NCBI GenBank assembly: GCA_024346625.1
Contig: AP024664.1
Location: forward strand, 2,294,001-2,358,000
DNA length: 64,000 bases
Direction: 5' to 3'
Source: Williopsis jadinii
Lineage: Eukaryota
Below are positions 44,231-64,000 of this stretch, one piece after another. The position numbers and the translations under genes were made by a program. How positions within the stretch are numbered: position 1 is the stretch's first letter; every line of letters begins with the position of its first letter. The notes under the pieces are model-generated. The model worked only from the letters and a program-made list of their open reading frames with translations, was not told the DNA's origin and searched no databases.

Positions 44231-45605
44231 GGGATTCCATATGGGAGTTCCATGGGGGTTCCATGGAAATCTTCAATTTTAGTGATGTGGCGCGCGATCT
44301 TGAAAATCTAACTACAAGACTTGGTCTATATGGACTGTCTACAATAGATGTTTCCAGTAGATGCCCACCTTTTTGGTTGGGTTGCGCCCTGTTGAAAAAT
44401 TCATTTGTAGGTGTTGATGTATAAAGTGTAAGAAGAACAAACCTCTCTAACAATCGACGAGAGGGTGGACTGAAAACCAAATCCATCGACGGTTGCCCTA
44501 AAATGAAAAATTTTTCACTGTTGCTCACACCGGAAAATTTTTTCCATGTTTGCGTCGCTTTTTTGTTGTGCTGCACGGACCGGAAAAATTTTTCATCTTT
44601 GCGTCCCTTTTTTGTTGTGCTGCACGGACCGAAAAATCTCACTTCCGGAACACTCTGAAACCGAATCTCAATTTCGGGACGGCCAACAACAAAATATGTG
44701 GCCTGTCCCAAAAACGCGTGGCCGAAATCTTGAAAATCCAAAATGTATGAGGCGAACCCAAAACATTGACGCAGGGTATATGCAGGCGGTAGACGGCGTT
44801 GGTATAGCTCTGAGACTACAGACGATTGAAGAATTCAAAATACAGAAAACACAAGTCCACACCTGATCAGTCTTCCAAAGATGAAAGAGGCTCGGAGGTA
44901 CTACATGTGGGAGCGTTTGGACGATTTGAAAAAGTCGTCTGGAGTGGCCCACAGGCCTTGTTGGACGGTGGTGAAGGTGCTAGTGTGGTCGCCAGACTGT
45001 GCTTGCCTTGTACACCGTGTCGACATGGGCGGGGATGGGTTCGTTGGGCATTCGGTAAGTGAAGGGAGACTCTCCTTCCATCAACAACACCTTCTTTGCC
45101 CGTTCTGGGTTTAGGGAGAGACCATAGGGGGGATCCTTTTTCTTTTGATGTTTTTCGGCCTACGCCTGAGCAGTCCCGTCTGGGAGTTCTTCCACGGGCG
45201 GGCACTGAGGGATTTAGTGGACTACTAGCCTATGGCAAGTGTTGTAACTAGAATCCTGGGGGCATACCTGCCTGGATAACCGTAGCGATACGTGAGTCCA
45301 GGCGGCGTGACCTCCTCTCAAGCCAGTGATGCTAAACCCGGGACGCATGAAACACGGCACTGGAGTTTAGCGGAGCCTGTGCTAGAGGAAATTTAAAGAG
45401 GGCTATATGGATGTGTTCTGTTCCCTGCCTGGGTTCTCCAGGCCGGGGGCAAGCACCAGCAGTTCTAACGAACTACTGCTTACCACATAATATCTTCAGG
45501 GAGAACTTCTCCCGCTGGGAACGGGGGCGGACCCGGCTCTAGGCAGCGTAGGCACACCGGCCTAGTCAGCTCCGCCTAGACGACACCCCCTAACCAAAGG
45601 ATAGT

Positions 45606-46700
45606 TATCTGGTTGATCCTGCCAGTAGTCATATGCTTGTCTCAAAGATTAAGCCATGCATGTCTAAGTATAAGCAATTTATACAGTGAAACTGCGAATG
45701 GCTCATTAAATCAGTTATAGTTTATTTGATAGTACCTTACTACTTGGATAACCGTGGTAATTCTAGAGCTAATACATGCTAAAAACCCCGACTGCTTGGG
45801 AGGGGTGTATTTATTAGATAAAAAATCAATGCCCTCGGGCTCTTTGATGATTCATAATAACTTGTCGAATCGCATGGCTTTACGCCGGCGATGGTTCATT
45901 CAAATTTCTGCCCTATCAACTGTCGATGGTAGGATAGTGGCCTACCATGGTGGCAACGGGTAACGGGGAATAAGGGTTCGATTCCGGAGAGGGAGCCTGA
46001 GAAACGGCTACCACATCCAAGGAAGGCAGCAGGCGCGCAAATTACCCAATCCTAATTCAGGGAGGTAGTGACAATAAATAACGATACAGGGCCCTTCTGG
46101 GTCTTGTAATTGGAATGAGTACAATGTAAATACCTTAACGAGGAACAATTGGAGGGCAAGTCTGGTGCCAGCAGCCGCGGTAATTCCAGCTCCAATAGCG
46201 TATATTAAAGTTGTTGCAGTTAAAAAGCTCGTAGTTGAACTTTGGGCCTGGCAGGCCGGTCCGCTTTTTGGCGAGTACTGACCCTGCCGGGCCTTTCCTT
46301 CTGGCTACCCTCCCCTCTGGAGAGGCGAACCAGGACTTTTACTTTGAAAAAATTAGAGTGTTCAAAGCAGGCCTTTGCTCGAATATATTAGCATGGAATA
46401 ATAGAATAGGACGTTTGGTTCTATTTTGTTGGTTTCTAGGACCATCGTAATGATTAATAGGGACGGTCGGGGGCATCAGTATTCAGTTGTCAGAGGTGAA
46501 ATTCTTGGATTTACTGAAGACTAACTACTGCGAAAGCATTTGCCAAGGACGTTTTCATTAATCAAGAACGAAAGTTAGGGGATCGAAGATGATCAGATAC
46601 CGTCGTAGTCTTAACCATAAACTATGCCGACTAGGGATCGGGTGTTGTTTTTATAATGACTCACTCGGCACCTTACGAGAAATCAAAGTCTTTGGGTTCT

Positions 46701-46769
<69 letters not shown>

Positions 46770-47208
46770 GCGGCTTAATTTGACTCAACACGGGGAAACT
46801 CACCAGGTCCAGACACAATAAGGATTGACAGATTGAGAGCTCTTTCTTGATTTTGTGGGTGGTGGTGCATGGCCGTTCTTAGTTGGTGGAGTGATTTGTC
46901 TGCTTAATTGCGATAACGAACGAGACCTTAACCTACTAAATAGCGCGACTAGCTTTTGCTGGTGCTGACGCTTCTTAGAGGGACTATCGATTTCAAGTCG
47001 ATGGAAGTTTGAGGCAATAACAGGTCTGTGATGCCCTTAGACGTTCTGGGCCGCACGCGCGCTACACTGACGGAGCCAGCGAGTCTAGCCTTGGCCGAGA
47101 GGTCATGGGTAATCTTGTGAAACTCCGTCGTGCTGGGGATAGAGCATTGCAATTATTGCTCTTCAACGAGGAATTCCTAGTAAGCGCAAGTCATCAGCTT
47201 GCGTTGAT

Positions 47209-47254
<46 letters not shown>

Positions 47255-47338
47255 AATGGCTTAGTGAGGCTTCAGGATTGGCTTATGGCGGGAGGCGACT
47301 CCTGCCTGGAGCCGAGAATCTAGTCAAACTTGGTCATT

Positions 47339-47396
<58 letters not shown>
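45606..47396 (+). rRNA. RDN18: 18S rRNA
   Basis: Canonical ends. Confidence 0.99.
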
Positions 47397-47536
47397 GAGA
47401 ACCTGGGCCTGCGCTTCTAGCGCGGCTCCAACCAATACACAGTGTATTTTGCTTCTTTTGCTTTGGCTCTGCCAAAGGTTTTAAACACAGAAATTTATTT
47501 TCTCTAGAAACTAGTCAATTTGAATTTTAATCTTCA

Positions 47537-47694
47537 AAACTTTCAACAACGGATCTCTTGGTTCTCGCAACGATGAAGAACGCAGCGAAATGCGATACGT
47601 AATGTGAATTGCAGGTTTTCGTGAATCATCGAATCTTTGAACGCATATTGCGCTCTCTGGCATTCCAGAGAGCATGCCTGTTTGAGCGTCATTT
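47537..47694 (+). rRNA. RDN58: 5.8S rRNA
   Basis: As unit 1. Confidence 0.99.
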
Positions 47695-47870
47695 CTCTCT
47701 CAAGATCCTCTAGGGGACTTGGTATTGAGTGATACTCTGTGTTAACTTGAAATACTCTAGGCAGAGCTCCCCCTAGAAATCCTCTGGGCCGAAATAATGT
47801 ATTAGGTTCTACCAACTCGTTATTTTCCAGACAGACTTCCAGGCAGAGCTCGGCTGAACAACCTTTCTAA

Positions 47871-51255
<3,385 letters not shown>

Positions 51256-51584
51256 TGTTTCGGCAACTCTATTTTTTGCTGGCGGGTGCCAGCTGGGGAT
51301 AGAGTGTCACACAGTTGCCGTAGGCGACTGTGTATTTGTTTTGGTGACGGTAGGGTAATCTTTGGTGTGAGTGGTGTAGTTTTTGCTTTTTTGTCACGGG
51401 GTGTGTGGGTGTTGTGATGAAGATGGTCTCTGAGGTTTTATGACGGTAGGGTAACAGTTGGTGTGAGTGGTTGAATTTTTTTTAATTTTTCACCAGAGCT
51501 CCCAGGAGGAATTTTTGTTTTTCGTGAGGGGAGGGGGTTTCCACCGGCTAGGCTGGGCTGGGCTTCCAGGCTGGGCTTAAAAAA

Positions 51585-51797
51585 GTTAGGCGGGTGGTCA
51601 GCCTAAAAAGCTAGGCGGGTGGGATAAGCCTAGAAAGCTAGGCGGGTGGTCAGCCTAAAAAGCTAGGCGGGTGGGATAAGCCTAGAAAGCTAGGCGGGTG
51701 GTCAGCCTAAAATGCTAGGCGGGTGGTCAGCCTAAAATGCTAGGCGGGTGGTCAGCCTAAAATGCTAGGCGGGATGGGCTTAAAATGTTAGGCGGGT
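51585..51797. repeat. IGS1 hairpin array, 7 units plus variant
   Basis: Same as unit 1. Confidence 0.92.
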
Positions 51798-52391
51798 CCA
51801 CACTGGGGCACCACAGACACCAAGTCCAAACACTTAGGAAAGACACCCAGACCAGACCAAGACCAACCTATGGCTACACCAACAGATTCCCACAACGACA
51901 ACCACGGGAAATGGGAATGTGGCCCCAAAGTGGGATTTTACCAAAACCGTTAGTATGGGGATCCCCCAGGCAGTGGGAATTTCCGGTTACGAGCGCTGGC
52001 GAGGATTTTCTAATTTTGCGAGAAGTGCGACCATCCCTCCGCGCCTGCGCCGCTGCGGGATGGTCATAATGATTTAAAAAAACTAGGGGTATCCGGTTCC
52101 GCCCCCGTATATAGGTATATATATGTGTGTAGATGGGTGGGTGGTGGTGGTGGTTGACGGGGGGGGAGGGGGGTTTATATAGTTTTGGGTGGTGTTGGGT
52201 GGTCACGTGGGTCACGTGAGTGGTGTGCGGGTGGTGTGTGTGGTGTAAGGGTGTGCAGTCACCGGGCGGGTCACGTGGATGGTGTTAGGGCTGGTGTAGG
52301 CCACGGCCACCAGCCGGGTAGACTACCCCTTTTGGGACACCGGGTAGACTGCCCCTTTTGGGAAGCCGGTTACCCAACTTGGGTAAAAAAA

Positions 52392-52512
52392 AGATTGCAG
52401 CACCTGAGTTTCGCGTATGGTCACCCACTACACTACTCGATCAGGCTCTTAGCAGCTTAACTACAGTTGATCGGACGGGAAACGGTGCTTTCTGCTAGAT
52501 ATGGCCGCAACC
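52392..52512 (-). rRNA. RDN5: 5S rRNA
   Basis: Same as 2061-2181. Confidence 0.98.
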
Positions 52513-52715
52513 GAAATGGAAGCGCGCGGGGGAGGTTACACTGCTTACACTGCTTACACCGCTTACTAAGCAGCTTACTAAGAACCGCTTACTAAGACAC
52601 CGCTTACTAAGCACTGTGTAGATGTAGCAGGTGGGTGTAGGGGTAAGGTCCAGCGGGCCCAGGGCATCCAGGGGGCTGTCTATAGCGGGAGCTATAGGGC
52701 GCGTCGTACGTGGAC

Positions 52716-55587
52716 GTGTAGCAGGTGTGTAGTGAGTGTCCATTGGGGGCCTGGGTGTCCAGCGGGCGGTCATTTGGTGATGATTCAGGAGTGAACCAGC
52801 GGTGAGTTGATGTCCACGGGTGGCCAGCGGGCCTCCAGGGGACCTCCAGGGGGCCTCTAGGGGATGGATCGTGGTCTCTAAGGTGGGTCTAGCATGTTTA
52901 CAGTACATAGATGTGTGGAAGATGTCCATTGGGTGTCTGATTGTTTACTCGGGGTCCATTTGGTGTTGATTCAGGGGTGAGTTGATGTCCATGGATGTCC
53001 AGGGATGTCCACGGGATGTCCAGCGGGCGTCCATAGGCCTCTAGGGGCGTCCGGTGGCTATATCGTGGTCTCCAGGGTCTGTCCAGGGTATTCCCAGCAT
53101 GTAGTTGTGTAGAAGATGTCCATTGGGTGTCTGATTGTTTACTCCGTGTCCACTTGGTGATGATTCAGCGGCAGCGAGCGTTGAGGGGGCCTCTAGGGGC
53201 CTCCAACGGGAGCCTGGTGGATGGATCGTGGTCTCCAGTGTGTTCCCAGCTTGTAGATGTCCATTGCATGTCCAATAAGTGTTTGGTTGTTGACCCGCTG
53301 TCCATTTGGTGTTGATTCAGGGGCGAGATGATGTTCACGGGGCATCCACAGACCTCTAGCAAGAGCCTGGTGGATGTATCGTGGTCTCCAGCGTCTGTCC
53401 AGGGTATTCCCAGTGTGTAGATGTCCATTGAGTGTCCATTGGTGGCCTTGTTGTTTACACGGTGTCCACTTGATGATGATTCAGCGGCAAGCGAACGTTG
53501 ATGGAGCGTCCAACAAGCCTCTAGGGACCTCCAGCGGGAGCCTAGTCGATGCCTAGACATCCTTAGGTGGTCTCCAGCATCTTCCCTGTTTGTAGTTGTC
53601 CATTGAATGTCCATTGGTGGCCTTGTTGTTGACACGGTGTCCACTTGGTGTTGATTCAGCGGCAAGCGAACGTCGACGAGGTGGCCACCAGGCATCCACA
53701 GACCTCTAGCAAGAGCCTGGTGGGTGGATTGTGGTCGCCAGGGTTGGTCTAGAGTATTTCCAGTGTGTTGATGTCCATTGAATGTCCAATAGATGGCTTG
53801 TTGTTTACCCGCCGCCCACTCGGTGATGTTTCAGCGGCGAGTTGATGTCCACAGTATGTCCACGGGGCAACCATAAGCCTCTAGCGACAGCCTGGTGGAT
53901 GTATCACGGTCTCTAGCGTCTGTCCAGCGTATTCCCAGCAAGTAGATGTCCAATTGGTGTCCATTGGTGGCCTTGTTGTTGACACGGTGTCCACTTGATG
54001 ATGATTCAGCGGCAAGCGAACGTTGATGGGGCCTTCACGCGGCAAACATAAGCCTCTAGCGAACGTCCAGTGGATGGACCGTGGTCTCCAGTGTCTGTTT
54101 GGCATGTTCCCAGTACGTTGATGTCCAATTGGTGTCCATTGGTGGCCTTGTTGTTTACACGGTGTCCACTTGGTGTTGATTCAGCGGCGAGAAAACGTCG
54201 ACGAGGTGGCCACCAGGCATCCACAGACCTCTAGCGATAGCCTGGTGGATGTATCGTGGTCTCCAGTGTCTGTTTGGCATGTGTCCAGTGTGTAGGTATC
54301 CATTGAATGTCCATTGGTGGCCTTGTTGTTTACCCGCTGTCCATTTGGTGTTGATTCAGGGGCGAGAAAACGTCGACGGCGTTGCCACCAGGCATCCGCA
54401 GGCCTCTAGCGATAGCCTGGTGGATGGACCGTGGCCTCCAGTGTCTGTTTGGCATGTGTCCAGCATGTAGATGTGTGGAAGATGTCCATTGGTGGCCTTG
54501 TTGTTTACACGGTGTCCACTTGATGATGATTCAGCGGCGAGAAAACGTCGACGTGGTGGCCACCAGGCATCCACAGACCTCTAGCGACAGCCTGGTGGAT
54601 GTATCGTGGTCTCTAGCGTCTGTCCAAGGTATTCCCAGTGCGTTGATGTCCATTGAATGTCCAATAGATGGCTTGTTGTTTACCCGCCGCCCACTTGATG
54701 ATGTTTCAGCGGCGAGTTGATGTCCACAGGATGTCCACCAGGCATCCACAGACCTCTAGCGATAGCCTGGTGGATGTATCGTGGTCTCTAGCGTCTGTTT
54801 GGCATGTGTCCAGCATGTAGTTGTCCAATTGGTGTCCATCGGTGGCCTTGTTGTTTACACCGTGTCCACTTGATGATGTTTCAGCAGTGAGTTGATGTCC
54901 ACAGGATGTCCACGGGGCAACCATAAGCCTCTAGCGAACGTCTAGTCGATGTATCGTGGTCTCCAGTGTCTGTTTGGCATGTGTCCAGTGTGTAGGTATC
55001 CGTTGAATGTCCATTGGTGGCCTGATTGTTTACCCGCTGTCCATTTGGTGTTGATTCAGCGGCGAGAAAACGTCGACGGCGTTGCCACCAGGCATCCGCA
55101 GGCCTCTATCAAGAGCCTGGTGGATGTATCGTGGCCTCTAGGGATGGTCTAGCGTATTCCCAGTGTGTAGATTTCCATTGAATGTCCATTGGTCGCCTCT
55201 TTGTTTACCCCCCGCCCGCTTGATGATGTTTCAGCGGCGTGTTGATGTCCACAGGATGTTCACGGGGCAAACATAAGCCTCTAGCGAGAGCCTGGTGGGT
55301 GGAGCGTGGTCTCCAGTGTCTGTTTGGCACGTGTCCAGCATGTAGATGTGTGGAAGATGTCCATTGGTGGCCTCGTTGTTTACACGGTGTCCACTTGATG
55401 TTGTTTCAGCGGCGAGAAAACGTCGACGGGGCCTCCACGCGGCAAACATAAGCCTCTAGCGATAGCCTGGTGGATGTATCGTGGCCTCTAGGTTCTGTCC
55501 AGCATGTTTCCAATACATAGATGTGTAGAAGATGTCCAACCAGCGCCCCTTTGTTTACCCTCTACCCCCTTGATGTTCATTCAGGGA
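52716..55587. repeat. IGS2 175-bp array, long allele (~17 copies)
   Basis: Matches the unit 4 allele. Confidence 0.95.
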
Positions 55588-56988
55588 AAAGTTTTTTTTT
55601 CGCAAATTCAGCGGCGAGAAAACGCCCACGCGGTGGCCACCGGTTCAGGCATTAGCTCCGATCCAGGTAAAGTGGCCCCGCCAGCTTGGTGTCCAGCAGT
55701 AAATTGGCGCAATTCGGGATCAACCACCCCCATGTGGGGCCCGGAGTTTGACACATCCTCTAATATCCGCAACACTTAAATGCTTCCAGAACTCCACACA
55801 CACATCCTACCACAACCAAAATCACTGTTCCACGCTCACAAAATTCACGCCTTTCCAATGAGACCAAAATACCCTGGTATTTCCACCATTTGGGTTTTTC
55901 ATTCCATTATTTTACTGTTAACATCTACCCAAATTTTATAATCCGAAAAAGACTCACCTATTCTCGGAGATATCCTAAATTAATATATACTATATAATCC
56001 CATAACTCGGGAACTAGCAGAGCTTTCGAGCTATAAACACCACTACTGGATAGCTACGCTCCAGAGGTTACCTATGGGTTTAAGTTGTTTCCCGGTTTAT
56101 GGGTGCCCATCTCCCTGGAAAGCAAAACATGGTTTTTAGAGGGCAACCTGCATTTTCTCGGCGAACCCCGGTTTGTTCCAACTTTATCAAAAGTGGGTCT
56201 TTCATGGCCAAACTTGGGTCATATATTCACCTTCAGGAGTAGTACCTATGGTCCAACAGCCATGGATGGGTGCACTTTGCCCATTGTTCAGGAGGTATAA
56301 GTACAAAATTACATGCATAAATGTTGATTTTTGGGTGCCGCCGAGCAACCGGAATTAACCAGAGATGATGCAAGATGATAGTACTGTGTCAGTTACACCA
56401 CCTTGGCTTATTAGATCGGTCAAATTCATCGCGCGTGGTGGTGCAATTTGCGTTTAAAGGGTGTATAAAATGGCTTTTTGGTGTAAGGATGTTTGGGTGT
56501 TTGGATGAAATGTTTGGATGTTTTGGCAGGGTGGTGGGGGCAGGTGGGGGGCATATAATTGGATATTTTGGGATGGGGGCGATATGTTTGGGGAGTTTTT
56601 GGTATGGATCGGGAGGTTGGAGCGTGGTTTGAACCATTGGGCTTGTTGTGGTGTTTATGGCGTTTGTGCTGGGAGTGCGCTGGCTGTTACAAGTGTTGGG
56701 GTGGTCGGATCTGGCTTTCCGGGGTGTTGCCCGTTCCCGAAAAACAAAGTGGGGGCTTAACTATGGGCGCTTAACTATGGGCGCTTAACTATGGGAGATT
56801 CACTATGAGACTTAACTATGGGATCTCTACTATGGGAGCTTCACTATAGGTGGTTAACTATGGGAGTTCCACTATAGGTGGTTAACTACGGGGATGGTAG
56901 GTGGTGTTGCCCGTTCCCGAAAAACAAACTGGGAGTTAACTATGGGCGTTAACTATGGGGTTCCACTATGAAGGTCTTTAATTTTTCC

Positions 56989-57521
56989 TGAAGTTATTCG
57001 CATCCATGAAAATCTATACTTTCAAGGGGTATTTAATTTTTGTTGATGTAGTGCGCGGCCCAAAAAATCTATAGAGGTTAAACTTTGGTGAAGTTATTCG
57101 CATCCATGAAAATCTATACTTCAAAGGGGTATTTAATTTTTGTTGATGTAGTGCGCGGCCCAAAAAATCTATAGAGGTTAAATTTTGGTGAAGTTACTCG
57201 CTTCCATGAAAATCTATACTTTCAAGGGGTATTTAATTTTTGTTGATGTAGTGCGCGGCCCAAAAAATCCATAGAGGTTAAATTTTGGTGAAGTTACTCG
57301 CTTCCATAAAAATCTATACTTCCAAGGGGTATTTAATTTTTGTTGATGTAGTGCGCGGCCCAAAAAAAATCTATAGAGGTTAAATTTTGGTGAAGTTACT
57401 CGCTTCCATAAAAATCTATACTTCCAAGGGGTATTTAATTTTTGTTGATGTAGTGCGCGGCCCAAAAAAATCTATAGAGGTTAAATTTTGGTGATGTTAT
57501 TCGCATCCATAAAAATCTATA
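56989..57521. repeat. 100-bp array, 5.3 copies
   Basis: As unit 1, with minor variants. Confidence 0.95.
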
Positions 57522-58434
57522 GGGATTCCATATGGGAGTTCCATGGGGGTTCCATGGAAATCTTCAATTTTAGTGATGTGGCGCGCGATCTTGAAAATCT
57601 AACTACAAGACTTGGTCTATATGGACTGTCTACAATAGATGTTTCCAGTAGATGCCCACCTTTTTGGTTGGGTTGCGCCCTGTTGAAAAATTCATTTGTA
57701 GGTGTTGATGTATAAAGTGTAAGAAGAACAAACCTCTCTAACAATCGACGAGAGGGTGGACTGAAAACCAAATCCATCGACGGTTGCCCTAAAATGAAAA
57801 ATTTTTCACTGTTGCTCACACCGGAAAATTTTTTCCATGTTTGCGTCGCTTTTTTGTTGTGCTGCACGGACCGGAAAAATTTTTCATCTGTGCGTCCCTT
57901 TTTTGTTGTGCTGCACGGACCGAAAAATCTCACTTCCGGAACACTCTGAAACCGAATCTCAATTTCGGGACGGCCAACAACAAAATATGTGGCCTGTCCC
58001 AAAAACGCGTGGCCGAAATCTTGAAAATCCAAAATGTATGAGGCGAACCCAAAACATTGACGCAGGGTATATGCAGGCGGTAGACGGCGTTGGTATAGCT
58101 CTGAGACTACAGACGATTGAAGAATTCAAAATACAGAAAACACAAGTCCACACCTGATCAGTCTTCCAAAGATGAAAGAGGCTCGGAGGTACTACATGTG
58201 GGAGCGTTTGGACGATTTGAAAAAGTCGTCTGGAGTGGCCCACAGGCCTTGTTGGACGGTGGTGAAGGTGCTAGTGTGGTCGCCAGACTGTGCTTGCCTT
58301 GTACACCGTGTCGACATGGGCGGGGATGGGTTCGTTGGGCATTCGGTAAGTGAAGGGAGACTCTCCTTCCATCAACAACACCTTCTTTGCCCGTTCTGGG
58401 TTTAGGGCGAGACCATAGGGGGGGATCCTTTTTC

Positions 58435-58726
58435 TTTTGATGTTTTTCGGCCTACGCCTGAGCAGTCCCGTCTGGGAGTTCTTCCACGGGCGGGCACTGA
58501 GGGATTTAGTGGACTACTAGCCTATGGCAAGTGTTGTAACTAGAATCCTGGGGGCATACCTGCCTGGATAACCGTAGCGATTTTGATGTTTTTCGGCCTA
58601 CGCCTGAGCAGTCCCGTCTGGGAGTTCTTCCACGGGCGGGCACTGAGGGATTTAGTGGACTACTAGCCTATGGCAAGTGTTGTAACTAGAATCCTGGGGG
58701 CATACCTGCCTGGATAACCGTAGCGA
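58435..58726 (+). repeat. 146-bp tandem duplication inside the 5'ETS (unit 5 only)
   Basis: TTTTGATGTTTTTCGGCC...CCGTAGCGA at 58435-58580 and again at 58581-58726. Confidence 0.97.
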
Positions 58727-59044
58727 TACGTGAGTCCAGGCGGCGTGACCTCCTCTCAAGCCAGTGATGCTAAACCCGGGACGCATGAAACACGGCACTG
58801 GAGTTTAGCGGAGCCTGTGCTAGAGGAAATTTAAAGAGGGCTATATGGATGTGTTCTGTTCCCTGCCTGGGTTCTCCAGGCTGGGGGCAAGCACCAGTAG
58901 TTCTAACGAACTACTGCTTTACCACATAATATCTTCAGGGAGAACTTCTCCCGCTGGAAACGGGGGCGGACCCGGCTCTAGGCAGCGTAGGCACACCGGC
59001 CTAGTCAGCTCCGCCTAGACGACACCCCCTAACCAAAGGATAGT

Positions 59045-60139
59045 TATCTGGTTGATCCTGCCAGTAGTCATATGCTTGTCTCAAAGATTAAGCCATGCAT
59101 GTCTAAGTATAAGCAATTTATACAGTGAAACTGCGAATGGCTCATTAAATCAGTTATAGTTTATTTGATAGTACCTTACTACTTGGATAACCGTGGTAAT
59201 TCTAGAGCTAATACATGCTAAAAACCCCGACTGCTTGGGAGGGGTGTATTTATTAGATAAAAAATCAATGCCCTCGGGCTCTTTGATGATTCATAATAAC
59301 TTGTCGAATCGCATGGCTTTACGCCGGCGATGGTTCATTCAAATTTCTGCCCTATCAACTGTCGATGGTAGGATAGTGGCCTACCATGGTGGCAACGGGT
59401 AACGGGGAATAAGGGTTCGATTCCGGAGAGGGAGCCTGAGAAACGGCTACCACATCCAAGGAAGGCAGCAGGCGCGCAAATTACCCAATCCTAATTCAGG
59501 GAGGTAGTGACAATAAATAACGATACAGGGCCCTTCTGGGTCTTGTAATTGGAATGAGTACAATGTAAATACCTTAACGAGGAACAATTGGAGGGCAAGT
59601 CTGGTGCCAGCAGCCGCGGTAATTCCAGCTCCAATAGCGTATATTAAAGTTGTTGCAGTTAAAAAGCTCGTAGTTGAACTTTGGGCCTGGCAGGCCGGTC
59701 CGCTTTTTGGCGAGTACTGACCCTGCCGGGCCTTTCCTTCTGGCTACCCTCCCCTCTGGAGAGGCGAACCAGGACTTTTACTTTGAAAAAATTAGAGTGT
59801 TCAAAGCAGGCCTTTGCTCGAATATATTAGCATGGAATAATAGAATAGGACGTTTGGTTCTATTTTGTTGGTTTCTAGGACCATCGTAATGATTAATAGG
59901 GACGGTCGGGGGCATCAGTATTCAGTTGTCAGAGGTGAAATTCTTGGATTTACTGAAGACTAACTACTGCGAAAGCATTTGCCAAGGACGTTTTCATTAA
60001 TCAAGAACGAAAGTTAGGGGATCGAAGATGATCAGATACCGTCGTAGTCTTAACCATAAACTATGCCGACTAGGGATCGGGTGTTGTTTTTATAATGACT
60101 CACTCGGCACCTTACGAGAAATCAAAGTCTTTGGGTTCT

Positions 60140-60208
<69 letters not shown>

Positions 60209-60647
60209 GCGGCTTAATTTGACTCAACACGGGGAAACTCACCAGGTCCAGACACAATAAGGATTGACAGATTGAGAGCTCTTTCTTGATTTTGTGGGTG
60301 GTGGTGCATGGCCGTTCTTAGTTGGTGGAGTGATTTGTCTGCTTAATTGCGATAACGAACGAGACCTTAACCTACTAAATAGCGCGACTAGCTTTTGCTG
60401 GTGCTGACGCTTCTTAGAGGGACTATCGATTTCAAGTCGATGGAAGTTTGAGGCAATAACAGGTCTGTGATGCCCTTAGACGTTCTGGGCCGCACGCGCG
60501 CTACACTGACGGAGCCAGCGAGTCTAGCCTTGGCCGAGAGGTCATGGGTAATCTTGTGAAACTCCGTCGTGCTGGGGATAGAGCATTGCAATTATTGCTC
60601 TTCAACGAGGAATTCCTAGTAAGCGCAAGTCATCAGCTTGCGTTGAT

Positions 60648-60693
<46 letters not shown>

Positions 60694-60777
60694 AATGGCT
60701 TAGTGAGGCTTCAGGATTGGCTTATGGCGGGAGGCGACTCCTGCCTGGAGCCGAGAATCTAGTCAAACTTGGTCATT

Positions 60778-60835
<58 letters not shown>
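59045..60835 (+). rRNA. RDN18: 18S rRNA
   Basis: Canonical ends. Confidence 0.99.
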
Positions 60836-60975
60836 GAGAACCTGGGCCTGCGCTTCTAGCGCGGCTCCAACCAATACACAGTGTATTTTGCTTCTTTTGC
60901 TTTGGCTCTGCCAAAGGTTTTAAACACAGAAATTTATTTTCTCTAGAAACTAGTCAATTTGAATTTTAATCTTCA

Positions 60976-61133
60976 AAACTTTCAACAACGGATCTCTTGG
61001 TTCTCGCAACGATGAAGAACGCAGCGAAATGCGATACGTAATGTGAATTGCAGGTTTTCGTGAATCATCGAATCTTTGAACGCATATTGCGCTCTCTGGC
61101 ATTCCAGAGAGCATGCCTGTTTGAGCGTCATTT
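60976..61133 (+). rRNA. RDN58: 5.8S rRNA
   Basis: As unit 1. Confidence 0.99.
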
Positions 61134-61309
61134 CTCTCTCAAGATCCTCTAGGGGACTTGGTATTGAGTGATACTCTGTGTTAACTTGAAATACTCTAGG
61201 CAGAGCTCCCCCTAGAAATCCTCTGGGCCGAAATAATGTATTAGGTTCTACCAACTCGTTATTTTCCAGACAGACTTCCAGGCAGAGCTCGGCTGAACAA
61301 CCTTTCTAA

Positions 61310-64000
<2,691 letters not shown>

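Overview
The whole window is a eukaryotic (Saccharomycotina yeast) ribosomal DNA tandem array with about 5.15 head-to-tail repeats. Measured between equivalent positions 1/12422/24672/37066/50332/63771, the units are 12,421, 12,250, 12,394, 13,266 and 13,439 bp. Each unit runs 5'ETS-18S-ITS1-5.8S-ITS2-25S on the + strand, then IGS1, a 5S gene on the - strand, and a long IGS2. From memory the ITS resembles Cyberlindnera jadinii (Candida utilis); this is not database-checked. I find no credible protein-coding system, transposon, group I intron or CRISPR. The ORF track reflects antisense-rRNA frames (TAR1/ART2/RRT15-like) and repeat-derived noise. The interest lies in the intergenic spacer and in differences between units. 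The spacer has at least five subrepeat families: a 25/27-bp hairpin array, GCTTAC repeats, a 175-bp array, ACTAT repeats and a 100-bp array. Two of them vary in copy number between adjacent units. I also see a recognisable Pol I start site, candidate terminator/Rnt1/U3 sites, a 146-bp 5'ETS duplication in the last unit, recombinant haplotype mosaics, and two indel-rich patches in unit 2 that are probably assembly error.
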